Assembly (NCBI GenBank): GCA_964354545.1
Contig: CAYHAE010000005.1
Coordinates: forward strand, 12,414 to 76,413
Length of the DNA: 64,000 nucleotides
Reading direction: 5' to 3'
Source: an uncultured Planctomycetia bacterium
GTDB taxonomy: Bacteria > Omnitrophota > Gorgyraeia > 2-01-FULL-45-10 > JAHFGN01
Within the stretch, counting starts at the first letter, position 1. Each line of letters starts with the position of its first letter. A program made the position numbers and the translations under genes. The notes beneath the pieces are model-generated. The model saw only the letters and a program-made list of their open reading frames with translations, made no database searches and had not been told where the DNA came from. Positions 45,399 to 54,592 of this stretch are shown in pieces.

Positions 45399-46176
45399 AA
45401 GACAGATATCTCCACGAGGGCTTGAGGATCTTCTGGGCCTGGCACAAAAGACGGCAAAGGAGGCGTTTAGAGCGATCGCGGGCGATCTCGCTATGACGAG
45501 GGCGATCGAGAGCGAAGCGAGGCGCGATATTAAAGTCGTGGCGGATAAGAAGCTCGAGGGGCTTATTATTCAAAGACTGAGAAAGGCGTCCGGCTTTTCT
45601 ATTTTTTCAGAGGAAAGCGGTGCGTTTTCCGGCGCGTCAGGCTGCGGGGATTTCAGGTGGATCATCGACCCTCTGGACGGGAGTTTCAATTTTTCCCGAG
45701 GCATCCCCATGTGCTGTATTTCCATCGCCCTCTGGCGCGGCATGCACCCATTTCTCGGCGTGGTCTATGATTTCAATCGAGATGAAACCTTCGCCGGTAT
45801 AGACGGTAAAGGCGCGTGGCTCAACGGCAGGCCGATCAGGGTAAGCGACGTCGCCAAGACATCGAAGGCTGTCGTATGCACAGGCTTTCCGATAAGTACG
45901 GATTTCTCCAAAGAAGGCCTCGAGCATTTTGTCCGGACTGTAAAAAGATTCAAGAAAATCCGTATGCTCGGCTCCGCGGCCCTTTCACTGGCATACGTCT
46001 CCTGCGGCAAGGCGGATTGTTACCAGGAAGATGATATAAGGATATGGGACGTTGCCGCCGGCATAGTTTTGGTAAAGGCGGCAGGCGGTACGATTAAGAT
46101 GAGGCCTTCCGGCAAGGAAAACGCATTTCATGTAAGGGCGGCGGGCAACCGCTCCCTCTTTACTGATGGTGAATAA
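45391..46176 (+). CDS. Inositol monophosphatase-family phosphatase (second IMPase/CysQ-like gene)
   Basis: The metal-binding motif IIDPLDGSFNFSRGIPMCCISIAL is present, with SEE upstream. Confidence 0.75.
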   Translation: MNKRQISPRGLEDLLGLAQKTAKEAFRAIAGDLAMTRAIESEARRDIKVVADKKLEGLIIQRLRKASGFSIFSEESGAFSGASGCGDFRWIIDPLDGSFNFSRGIPMCCISIALWRGMHPFLGVVYDFNRDETFAGIDGKGAWLNGRPIRVSDVAKTSKAVVCTGFPISTDFSKEGLEHFVRTVKRFKKIRMLGSAALSLAYVSCGKADCYQEDDIRIWDVAAGIVLVKAAGGTIKMRPSGKENAFHVRAAGNRSLFTDGE

Positions 46177-48163
46177 TATGAAATCGAACTCACATACAGA
46201 AAGGCCTCGCGCAGATAACGCCCTATGGGTGTGCTGGGAAGAACCGACACCGTTGCCGGATGAGAACGCGACCATAGTAAGCTTTTTGCGGCCGGGCAGG
46301 GAAGACGCGTTGAGGAAGAATTTCAAGGGAACTTTGATCTCGGCACGCGAGAATGCGCCTCGCGTGAAAGAAAAGGCTCGCGCGATCTACATAAACCTCA
46401 TCGCCAGGATCGGCGCGACTGCCCTTGGAGACGGGGGTACATTACGAAAGGTGCTTGAAAACGATGACGGTGTCAGCCTCTGGTGGTTTCACAAGGTCTC
46501 CGAGAGGGATTGCGAGAGCGACGCGACCTTCAGGCTGATCACGGAGATATTGATCATACGCTCTGTGGCTGATTCGATGAAGTGCAAAGACATGTTTTTG
46601 TGCGGCGGCTGCAAAGAGGTAGCGCAGGTCCTAGGCGATCTCTATCTCATAAAGGAGATCCACTGTAAGCGGATGTATCCATCCGGCTGCTATATCGCGA
46701 AAGGAGCGCTGTCGAGAATAAAGTATTTTTGGCAGTTCCTATCAAAGTGGATGGCCGTGAAGCGCGCGGTCAAAAGCCTGCCCAGGAACCATTTCGACGC
46801 GGTATTTTCCGGATTCTGGGATTGGAGCGTGAGGGAGGAAAAAGAGACGGGCAGGCTGAATGACCGCTTTTTTAAATCGTTGCCGCAGAAACTGGCCGAA
46901 AAGGGTCTTGTGACAGGGTGGTTTCTATGGTTTGACCCTCACCGCGAGCCCGGCTCCGCGACCCGGAGCATGCGCGATGTTTTGATGCCGGTCGGCCGCC
47001 ACGACACTATGGTCATACTGCAGCGATTTATCACGTTCACCGATGTGGTGCAGGCGCTCATTAACCTTAAGGGCCTGTGCGTATTTTTACGTTTTTTGAG
47101 AGATAAGAATTTCCGCGGCGCTTTTCGTGAGGAGGGAATAAATTTTTTGCCCATCTTAAAAGTTCCTCTCGTGCACGGCTTTCTCAATTCAAGCATACCG
47201 CACCAGGAGCTGGTTTACCGCGCGTCTAAAAGGGCTTTTATGGCGTACAGGCCGGAGGTATCGATAAGCTTTTTGGAGCTGTTTTTACATTCGAGGGCGT
47301 TCTATTGCGGAGGGAGGAAGGGGTCTGCCGGCACGGTGCATTGCGCCGTTCAACATGCGAGCTACAGCCGCGAGAAGACATTTGCGGTGCTTCATCCCGA
47401 TAGCGAATACAGGGGGGAGCCGGATAGCTGCCCGGTGCCCGCCCCGGATTATGTATTTGCGATGGGGGACCTGGGCAGGGAGATCTTTATCGAAAGCGGT
47501 TTTCCGAAAGAGAAGGTTTTTCTCACGGGCTCACCGCGGTACGAGCACATTACGCAGGCCGGGAGATACCACCGCGACAAATGGGGAGATGTAAAAAACA
47601 TCCTCATGGTGACCACCCTCAATGTCGATCTAGAGATGGAGATGGTCGATGCCGTGTACGCTGCGACGGAGGGACTTTCCGGTGTAAAGCTATTTCTCAG
47701 GAGCCACCCCTTTGCGAGGATGGATGAGCATCCGGGCTTCCGCATCTATAAGGACAGGGTCCGCCACACTCAGGGGACGCTCGATGAAAACCTGAAAGAC
47801 GCCGACCTCATCATATTTTCTTACTCAACGGTTGCCGAGGAGGCCATAATAGCGGGCCTCCCTGCGTGGCAATGGTGTTCGACCTCCTACAACGGTTCCG
47901 TCTTCCGCGATATCAAGGTCGTCCCCTCGTTCTGCTCGGTTCGCGATCTGAGGGAATCGCTGAAGAAGTTCATCGAAGAACCGCGTTCGTTTATGCCCGA
48001 TATGGAAACAGGACAGGGTGTGGCGCGAAAATGTTTTTACGCAGCCGACGGAAAGGCGAGCGATAGGATCGCGGATATTGTGCACGGTTCAATGGGGCTA
48101 TTTTTCAATTCTCACACGGCCTCCGTCCGGGCTGGCAGCAAAGAAGAGGTGTATAGCCCGTGA
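46166..48163 (+). CDS. Large hypothetical protein (665 aa) with TagB/TagF-like C-terminal motif
   Basis: The C-terminal segment is LKDADLIIFSYSTVAEEAIIAGLPAWQW, similar to the 35946 protein. The start is the ATG at 46166, or at 46178. Confidence 0.45.
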   Translation: MVNNMKSNSHTERPRADNALWVCWEEPTPLPDENATIVSFLRPGREDALRKNFKGTLISARENAPRVKEKARAIYINLIARIGATALGDGGTLRKVLENDDGVSLWWFHKVSERDCESDATFRLITEILIIRSVADSMKCKDMFLCGGCKEVAQVLGDLYLIKEIHCKRMYPSGCYIAKGALSRIKYFWQFLSKWMAVKRAVKSLPRNHFDAVFSGFWDWSVREEKETGRLNDRFFKSLPQKLAEKGLVTGWFLWFDPHREPGSATRSMRDVLMPVGRHDTMVILQRFITFTDVVQALINLKGLCVFLRFLRDKNFRGAFREEGINFLPILKVPLVHGFLNSSIPHQELVYRASKRAFMAYRPEVSISFLELFLHSRAFYCGGRKGSAGTVHCAVQHASYSREKTFAVLHPDSEYRGEPDSCPVPAPDYVFAMGDLGREIFIESGFPKEKVFLTGSPRYEHITQAGRYHRDKWGDVKNILMVTTLNVDLEMEMVDAVYAATEGLSGVKLFLRSHPFARMDEHPGFRIYKDRVRHTQGTLDENLKDADLIIFSYSTVAEEAIIAGLPAWQWCSTSYNGSVFRDIKVVPSFCSVRDLRESLKKFIEEPRSFMPDMETGQGVARKCFYAADGKASDRIADIVHGSMGLFFNSHTASVRAGSKEEVYSP

Positions 48164-48197
48164 ACTTTTCCGATCGAACGGCCTTAAGGACACACGA

Positions 48198-49706
48198 ATG
48201 AGAGTGCTTTTCATAAATTTCAACCTTGGCTCTACCGCGGGGATAAACAATGGTATCGCGATCCTATCCGCGGTGTTAAAAGCAAAAGGACATCGGGTAG
48301 GGCTTCTTTTTCTGTGCGAAGAGCTCGGGTACAACTTTGATCTCTCCCGTATGCAGGGGGACGTAGAGGATTTCAAGCCGGATATCATAGGGATTTCTCT
48401 CATGGAGCCTCAGAGCAAATATATGGAGGAGTTCTGCAAGGATGCACGGCGTTATTATAAGGGATTCATAGTATGCGGCGGCCCGTATCCCACAATGGCG
48501 CCGGACGATGTCCTTTCTGTCAAAGACGTTGACGCCGTATGTGTCGGTGAAGGGGAGGGGGCTCTCGTCGATCTCGCCGAGGCGCTGGAGAGAGGCGAGG
48601 ACTATCGCCATATCAGGAATATATGGTCGAGGTCTGCCGAGGGCACGATCGTCAAGAACAGGCTCCGTCCCTTTGTCGATCTCGCGACATTGCCGCCTGA
48701 GGATAAAGAGCTCTTCGATATCGAAACGATCGTACGTGTGAAGAATTACCAGCTTGAGATGATGCTCGGCAGGGGTTGTATTTATCAATGCGCATACTGC
48801 ATCAACAAATCATATATCACGCGGTATCAAGACCTATGCGAAAGGCCCGTGGGACTCCGCGATTACGTGCGGGTAAAGGACGTTGATACGGTGATACAGG
48901 AGATCAAGGGAACAACGCGGCGCCATCCGACGATCAGGAAACTCGCTTTTATCGACGATAACTTCCTGATGTACGAGGGATTTCTCGAGGATTTCTGTCT
49001 TCACTACAAGGAAGAGGTGCGAGTGCCTTTCATGTGCAATGTGAATCCCATGTCGTTCACACAAAAGAAGGGTGCGCTTCTCAAGGAGGCGGGATGCGAT
49101 GACATACGTTTTGGGGTCGAAAGCGGGAGCGCGAGGATCAAGCGGGATATCATGAAACGGCACATTACAAACAGGAGCGTGGTGGAGGCGTTCAAGGCAG
49201 CCCGGGACCTCGGCCTCATGACGAGCTCTTTTAACATGATCGGCCTCCCCGGGGAGACGAAGGACGAGGTCTTCGAAACCATCCGGCTGAATGCAGCGAT
49301 CTTGCCTGACACGGTGAAGGTGATGACCTTCTATCCGTTCAAGAACACCCCCCTCTACGACAGGTGCGAGGAGCTCGGGCTGATAGATTACGAAAAGAAA
49401 CACGGGCTCGATAACTATGACACGGTAACGTGTTTGAAATTTCCTCCCGCACACCGGCTTTTTTTGAAGAAGATCCAGATCGTATTTAACGTATACCTTA
49501 ATCTGTTTCTCGGCGGCGAAACGGCGTCAGAATACGCGCCGCATGCACGAGAGATCGAGGAGATGGACGAGGAAAGGTGGGGTTCGTACGATTTCGATTC
49601 AGTCGACCGGGCACTCTCCGAAAAACTACGCAGGCGCGGGGTGGTGCATTATTCAAAATTCATGAACAGGAGCCTCGCGGTAAAATTTCCAAGCAAGCAC
49701 GTGTAG
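48198..49706 (+). CDS. Cobalamin (B12)-binding radical SAM enzyme
   Basis: The start was trimmed to the ATG at 48198 (MRVLFINFNLGSTAGINNGIAILSAVLKAKGH). The radical SAM motif is MLGRGCIYQCAYCIN. Confidence 0.85.
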   Translation: MRVLFINFNLGSTAGINNGIAILSAVLKAKGHRVGLLFLCEELGYNFDLSRMQGDVEDFKPDIIGISLMEPQSKYMEEFCKDARRYYKGFIVCGGPYPTMAPDDVLSVKDVDAVCVGEGEGALVDLAEALERGEDYRHIRNIWSRSAEGTIVKNRLRPFVDLATLPPEDKELFDIETIVRVKNYQLEMMLGRGCIYQCAYCINKSYITRYQDLCERPVGLRDYVRVKDVDTVIQEIKGTTRRHPTIRKLAFIDDNFLMYEGFLEDFCLHYKEEVRVPFMCNVNPMSFTQKKGALLKEAGCDDIRFGVESGSARIKRDIMKRHITNRSVVEAFKAARDLGLMTSSFNMIGLPGETKDEVFETIRLNAAILPDTVKVMTFYPFKNTPLYDRCEELGLIDYEKKHGLDNYDTVTCLKFPPAHRLFLKKIQIVFNVYLNLFLGGETASEYAPHAREIEEMDEERWGSYDFDSVDRALSEKLRRRGVVHYSKFMNRSLAVKFPSKHV

Positions 49707-49722
49707 GCGCCCGAGGTGAAAT

Positions 49723-50673
49723 ATGCCGAATAAGGGTCCGAATATTTCTGTGGTCTTTCCCGTGTACAATGAAGAAGGAAACCTGCACGTTCTCTACCAG
49801 AGGGTAAAGGAGGCGTGCGCCAAGTCAGGCGTGGATTATGAGATGGTATTTGTTGATAATGGAAGTACCGATCGTTCTTTGGACGTGATCAAGGGATTAA
49901 GGAATCACGATAGCAAGGTGCGGTTCATGTCCCTCTCCCGCAATTTCGGCCACCAGAATGCCCTTTTTGCGGGCATGTCGCACGCTACCGGCGACGCGGT
50001 CATCACCATGGACGCCGACCTGCAGCATCCGCCGTCCCTGATACCTGCGATGGTCGATGCGTGGAAGAAGGGCGCCGAGGTCGTATATACGATAAAAGAG
50101 GATTACCGCCTCGCGCTCAAGAAGCACTTCCTGATCAAGTCTTTCTACTGGCTCATGTCGAGGATATCGGGCGTACAGTTGTCGTTCGGTCAGTCCGACT
50201 TCAGGCTTCTCGATAGACGAGCGCTTGAGGCCGTTATCAGGATACCGGAATATCATAAGTTCCTGCGGGGGCAGGTGAGCTGGATCGGTTTTCGGCAGCA
50301 GGGTATATCGTATAACGTAGAGAAGCGCTTGAGCGGAGAATCGAAATTTTCGTACAGGAACCTCTTTTCATTTGCCCTGGACGGGATATTCGCATTCTCC
50401 AGATATCCGCTTCACCTGATAATGCTCGCGGGGCTCGTCATATCCTCGGTTTCCGCTCTTTATATAATGTGTGTACTGCTTGTATGGGCCCTCAAGGCCC
50501 TCGGTATCGAAATGAGCGTGCCGCTGCCGCCGGGGTGGGTCGCGCTCGTGGTCTCGATTTATTTCCTCGGAAGCATTCAGCTTATCGCGATCGGCATTTT
50601 AGGCGAATATATCGGGCGCATCTACGACCAGACCAAGGGGCGCCCGGTCTTCATCGTGAGGGAGATGTCGTAG
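49723..50673 (+). CDS. GT2 polyprenol-phosphate glycosyltransferase (ArnC/GtrB/DPM1-like)
   Basis: The GT2 signature is ISVVFPVYNEEGNL...VDNGSTDRS...TMDADLQHPP. Two C-terminal transmembrane helices are present, typical of undecaprenyl-phosphate sugar synthases. Confidence 0.8.
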   Translation: MPNKGPNISVVFPVYNEEGNLHVLYQRVKEACAKSGVDYEMVFVDNGSTDRSLDVIKGLRNHDSKVRFMSLSRNFGHQNALFAGMSHATGDAVITMDADLQHPPSLIPAMVDAWKKGAEVVYTIKEDYRLALKKHFLIKSFYWLMSRISGVQLSFGQSDFRLLDRRALEAVIRIPEYHKFLRGQVSWIGFRQQGISYNVEKRLSGESKFSYRNLFSFALDGIFAFSRYPLHLIMLAGLVISSVSALYIMCVLLVWALKALGIEMSVPLPPGWVALVVSIYFLGSIQLIAIGILGEYIGRIYDQTKGRPVFIVREMS

Positions 50674-50687
50674 AAAGAGGAGTGCGC

Positions 50688-51395
50688 ATGGTAAAAGTCG
50701 TTATCCTGTGCGGAGGCCGCGGCCATCGGCTCAAGCCGCTGACGTCAAAGGTGCCGAAACCGCTCGTGACATTGAACGGCAAACCTGTCATCCGGCATAT
50801 CATAGAGTTTTATATACGCAAGGGCTTTCGCCATTTCGTCCTCTGCGTGGGATACCGCGCCGATGCCATCAGGCGGTTCGTCGCCGCCCATTCGTTCGAT
50901 GCCGAGATCGAGATCTCCGACGCAGGTCCGGATGCGGGCATACTCAAGCGCCTGTACCTCGCGCGCCATCTTATCGCCGGGAAGGCCATCGTAACATACG
51001 GAGATACCTTCATCGATATCGCCCCGCATCGCATGCTACGAGAGCATGAGAAGGCAGGGTCCCTCGCGACCATCACCATTGCGGACATACGAAGCCCGTT
51101 CGGGCTCGTGCAGTGCAGAGGCAAGAGCGGCGTGACCTCATTTGAAGAGAAACCCCTGCTCCAATACTATATAGGCCATATGATACTGGAGGCCGCGGCG
51201 CTCGATAGCCTCGACCGTGACCTCATATCGATGCCGGACGGCGAAGGGCTCGTGCAGCTCTTCAAGCGATTGATCAAGAAGAAGAGGCTGAATGCGTATA
51301 AGCACTCGGGGCTCAGGATCACGTTCAACACGCCGCTTGAACATCAGAAGGCGGAGGAAGAGTTCGTACAATTCTTTACAGAACAGGAAGGGTGA
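50688..51395 (+). CDS. Sugar-1-phosphate nucleotidyltransferase (RfbF/RmlA-like)
   Basis: The NTP_transferase motif is KVVILCGGRGHRLKPLTSKVPKPLVTLNGKPVI. The start was trimmed to the ATG at 50688, after an AAGAGGAG RBS. Confidence 0.7.
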   Translation: MVKVVILCGGRGHRLKPLTSKVPKPLVTLNGKPVIRHIIEFYIRKGFRHFVLCVGYRADAIRRFVAAHSFDAEIEISDAGPDAGILKRLYLARHLIAGKAIVTYGDTFIDIAPHRMLREHEKAGSLATITIADIRSPFGLVQCRGKSGVTSFEEKPLLQYYIGHMILEAAALDSLDRDLISMPDGEGLVQLFKRLIKKKRLNAYKHSGLRITFNTPLEHQKAEEEFVQFFTEQEG

Positions 51396-51397
51396 CG

Positions 51398-52384
51398 ATG
51401 GAGAATCTTAAAGGAAAGAAGGTCCTTGTGACAGGCGGGAGCGGTTTCATCGCCTCACACCTCTCGAGACGGCTGGTGCAGGAGGGCGCGCACGTGTTTG
51501 TCCTCACCCGCTATAACAGTATCATAGACAATGTGCGCCTCACCGACATATGGGATGAGATAGTCCCGGTCGAGGCAGACCTGCGCAACCTCGACGCACT
51601 CGAGAAGATACGGTCCTTCGCGCCGGAGATCGTCTACCATTTTGCGGCCTATAACCATGTAGGAGACAGCTTTTCGAATGTCTCTGAGGCGATCGACGTA
51701 AATTGCAAAGGCACCGTGAATCTCCTGGATGCCTATGAAGATTATAAAAAGTTCGTATACATCTCTTCTTCGGAGATCTACGGATTCCAGAATGCTGTCC
51801 CGTTTGCCGAGGATGCAGCCCCATTTCCGATCTCGCCTTATGCGGTCGGGAAGTATGCCGGCGAGCTCTATGCGCGGATGAAGTGGAAGGTCTTCAACAA
51901 ACCCATCGCGGTCCTGAGGCCGTTCAACGCCTTCGGGCCTTTCCAGAGCCCCCGCGCCGTTATCGCGGAGCTCATCATCAAATGTCTCAACGGTGAGGAC
52001 GTGGTCACGACCAAGGGCGTACAGACGAGGGATTTTAATTATATCGAAAACCTGGTCGACGGTTTTATCCGGGCCGGCACGAATGACGATGCCGTAGGCG
52101 AGATCATCAATATAGGGTCAGGCGTGGAGATATCCATCGCAGATCTTGTAAAGAAGATCCATCTGCTCACGGATTCGAAGTCGAGGTTGCGGATAGGAGA
52201 ATTGCAGTATCGGCCTACTGAGATCTGGCGCATGGCAGCCGACAACAGGAAGGCGTCGAAGATCTTCGGGTGGTCGCCGCGAATCGACCTGGAGAAGGGA
52301 TTGATAAAGACGATCGAGTGGTACCGGAAATTTAACGCTCTCTTCGCCGATGCCGCCTCGACGCTCTACGAGTTGTGCGAATGA
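51398..52384 (+). CDS. NAD-dependent sugar nucleotide epimerase/dehydratase (SDR)
   Basis: The Rossmann motif is KVLVTGGSGFIASHLSRRL. The YxxxK is SPYAVGKYAGE. The start is the ATG at 51398. Confidence 0.8.
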   Translation: MENLKGKKVLVTGGSGFIASHLSRRLVQEGAHVFVLTRYNSIIDNVRLTDIWDEIVPVEADLRNLDALEKIRSFAPEIVYHFAAYNHVGDSFSNVSEAIDVNCKGTVNLLDAYEDYKKFVYISSSEIYGFQNAVPFAEDAAPFPISPYAVGKYAGELYARMKWKVFNKPIAVLRPFNAFGPFQSPRAVIAELIIKCLNGEDVVTTKGVQTRDFNYIENLVDGFIRAGTNDDAVGEIINIGSGVEISIADLVKKIHLLTDSKSRLRIGELQYRPTEIWRMAADNRKASKIFGWSPRIDLEKGLIKTIEWYRKFNALFADAASTLYELCE

Positions 52385-53253
52385 GGAAGGCAGCGGCGCT
52401 TTGCAATAAAACCGTCTTGGTAACCGGAGGTAAGGGCTTTCTCGGCACACATCTGGCGAGCGCTCTCGTGCCGCTCTGCAGGAAGCTCGATTGTTACGGC
52501 GGCGACGTGAGGGATATCTGGCGTTTCGCCAGGCCCTACGATATCGTGTGCCACCTCGCCGCGCTCAATAAGGCGGGCCCCGGTGGCAGTACCGATGCGC
52601 TCTTCGACGTGAATGTGAACGGCACCCTGGCTGTGATGCGCTATTGCGCCACGTCAGGCGCCCGGTGTGTATTCGCGTCTTCATCCGCAGTATACGCCCC
52701 GAGCCCCGTTCGCAGGCCCCTTGGCGAGGGCGCGCGCATTGCGCCCGCATCACCTTACGGGATGAGCAAGATGCTCGCGGAAGATGTGTGCCGGCATTAT
52801 GCTCACGATCATGGCGTTCGGGTAGCGGTGCTCCGTATTTTCAATATCTACGGTAACGGCCAAGAGGAGCCGTTCCTTGTTCCGTATGCGATGCGGCAGT
52901 TATCGCAGGGCAAACCGGTCGTCCTGAAGACACCGGAGGCAGTGAGGGACTTTATACACGTCAGGGACGTGGCGAGGGCATACATTGCCGCATGCCGGCA
53001 TGAGCATAAAGGGTTCAGGGTGTTCAATGTGGGGACCGGCCGCGGCATGCGTGTGGCGGATATGGTCGAACAGATCGCCCTCGCGCTGAGCGCGAACCCC
53101 CGGAAGGCAATAAGGCGCGAGCGGCACGATAAAAAGGAGGATTTTGTGATCGCAGAGCCGCGTCTCATCCGGAAGGTCCTGCGCTGGCACCCCACGCTGT
53201 CAATAGACGATGGCGTTGCGCTTGTGTGCGGCGGAGGGGAAGGGCTCGGATGA
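52381..53253 (+). CDS. NAD-dependent epimerase/reductase (SDR; GDP-fucose synthase/4-reductase-like)
   Basis: The Rossmann motif is KTVLVTGGKGFLGTHLASAL. The YxxxK is SPYGMSKMLAE. There is an ATGA overlap with the upstream gene. Confidence 0.7.
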   Translation: MRKAAALCNKTVLVTGGKGFLGTHLASALVPLCRKLDCYGGDVRDIWRFARPYDIVCHLAALNKAGPGGSTDALFDVNVNGTLAVMRYCATSGARCVFASSSAVYAPSPVRRPLGEGARIAPASPYGMSKMLAEDVCRHYAHDHGVRVAVLRIFNIYGNGQEEPFLVPYAMRQLSQGKPVVLKTPEAVRDFIHVRDVARAYIAACRHEHKGFRVFNVGTGRGMRVADMVEQIALALSANPRKAIRRERHDKKEDFVIAEPRLIRKVLRWHPTLSIDDGVALVCGGGEGLG

Positions 53254-53283
53254 GGATGAGCGCTCACGCATCTTAAGAGCGAA

Positions 53284-53550
53284 TTGAAGAAACAGATAGA
53301 AGATGCCGTTGGACGGTATAATTCGCTCACCCGCAGCCCCTCGTTCCAATACTGCCTCAGGCGCCGAAAGGACTGCCTCGAGGGGTTATCTCGGGGTATC
53401 GGCGAGGAGAAGACCATGCTGGATCTCGCTGCAGGCACGGGTAGCTATTCCGCAATCCTCGCGAAGCATGGCGACGTGGTAAACATGGATCCATCGTTCA
53501 ATGCCGTAAACCTATGCATGCCGATCCGAATTCTTCAAAAATCACAGTAA
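53284..53550 (+). pseudogene. Truncated methyltransferase fragment at a GC-content junction
   Basis: The 88-aa ORF carries only a motif-I-like segment (MLDLAAGTGSYSAILAKHG). It ends where composition drops to low GC, and it overlaps the next gene start. Confidence 0.3.
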
Positions 53551-54584
53551 TTGTTCCTGTCCATAACGCCGCGGGCACATTGCGACAATGTGTGCACGCA
53601 TTGAAGGAGCAAACGGATTCAAACTATGAAGTGATAGTTGTGGATGATCATAGTAATGATGATTCTCCCCACATCTGTAAGGAATCGGGTTTTAAAGTAT
53701 TAAGGCTTGCCGTGAATAAGGGACAGGCGGTGGCCAGGAACGCAGGAGTCAAGGAGGCAACCGGACAGATCATTGCATTTGTTGATTCCGATGTAGTGGT
53801 CCCTCCCGATTGGCTTGCACGGTACAGGCAGCTGCTTAATAAATATCAAGATGCGGATATGATCTGCAGCGGTTATAGCGAAAATGTCGGTAATGATAAA
53901 CCGGCGATGTTCGCGTTTTATGAATCCGTATACCGACGGATGAAAATTCCTATGTATATATCTTCAAGCACCTCTTCAAATTGTATCATCTATAAGGAGG
54001 CATTTGACGAGGTTGGCGGTTATCCGGAATATTATATCAAGCCTAAGAAAAATGTGGCTGAACAAAAAGCGGTAGCTACCACAGAAGATTCAGAATTAGG
54101 ATTTTTACTTAGCGTCAAAGGAAAGAAAATAGTATGGAGTCACGACAATCCTGTGCGGCATTATTTTCGAAAAACATGGGGAGGATATATAAAGCAACAA
54201 GCAGGGTTTTCGAGATATGCAGTATTAAGTCTTTTTAAATTTCCCAAGAAAATTTACAGCATACCCATTTATGGCGGGGAAAAGATAACTCCTAATTTGG
54301 CCATTGCATCTGTGATGGTATCGGCATTATTTATCCCATTTTTTGGCGTATCAGCTATATCGGTAGCGTGTTCTGTTATTATAGAGATAGTGTGCATTCT
54401 CTCGGTCTATATTCTGAATAGGGGATTTATCGGTTATCTCAAGGTGAATATGAAAGATTGCTCGTATCCCCAACTGCTTTTTTGGATAGCAGTTTCTCGT
54501 ATAGCCTGGCTCTACGGCGTGATATTAGGCGTAAAGGACGGTTGTGTGATGTGGTGGTATAACCGCACCAAGGGAATAGCGTGA
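53514..54584 (+). CDS. GT2 glycosyltransferase with C-terminal transmembrane region
   Basis: The GT2 signature is ITVIVPVHNAAGTLRQCVHALKEQTDSNYEVIVVDDHSNDDS...DSDVVV. A hydrophobic C-terminus is present. GC content is markedly lower than in flanking genes. Confidence 0.7.
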   Translation: MHADPNSSKITVIVPVHNAAGTLRQCVHALKEQTDSNYEVIVVDDHSNDDSPHICKESGFKVLRLAVNKGQAVARNAGVKEATGQIIAFVDSDVVVPPDWLARYRQLLNKYQDADMICSGYSENVGNDKPAMFAFYESVYRRMKIPMYISSSTSSNCIIYKEAFDEVGGYPEYYIKPKKNVAEQKAVATTEDSELGFLLSVKGKKIVWSHDNPVRHYFRKTWGGYIKQQAGFSRYAVLSLFKFPKKIYSIPIYGGEKITPNLAIASVMVSALFIPFFGVSAISVACSVIIEIVCILSVYILNRGFIGYLKVNMKDCSYPQLLFWIAVSRIAWLYGVILGVKDGCVMWWYNRTKGIA

Positions 54585-54592
54585 GATAAAAG

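Noticed and set aside
53284-53550. 88-aa ORF as an intact methyltransferase gene
   Set aside because: It is far too short for the fold, having only motif I. It overlaps the following gene and sits at a compositional breakpoint. It was called a probable remnant instead.
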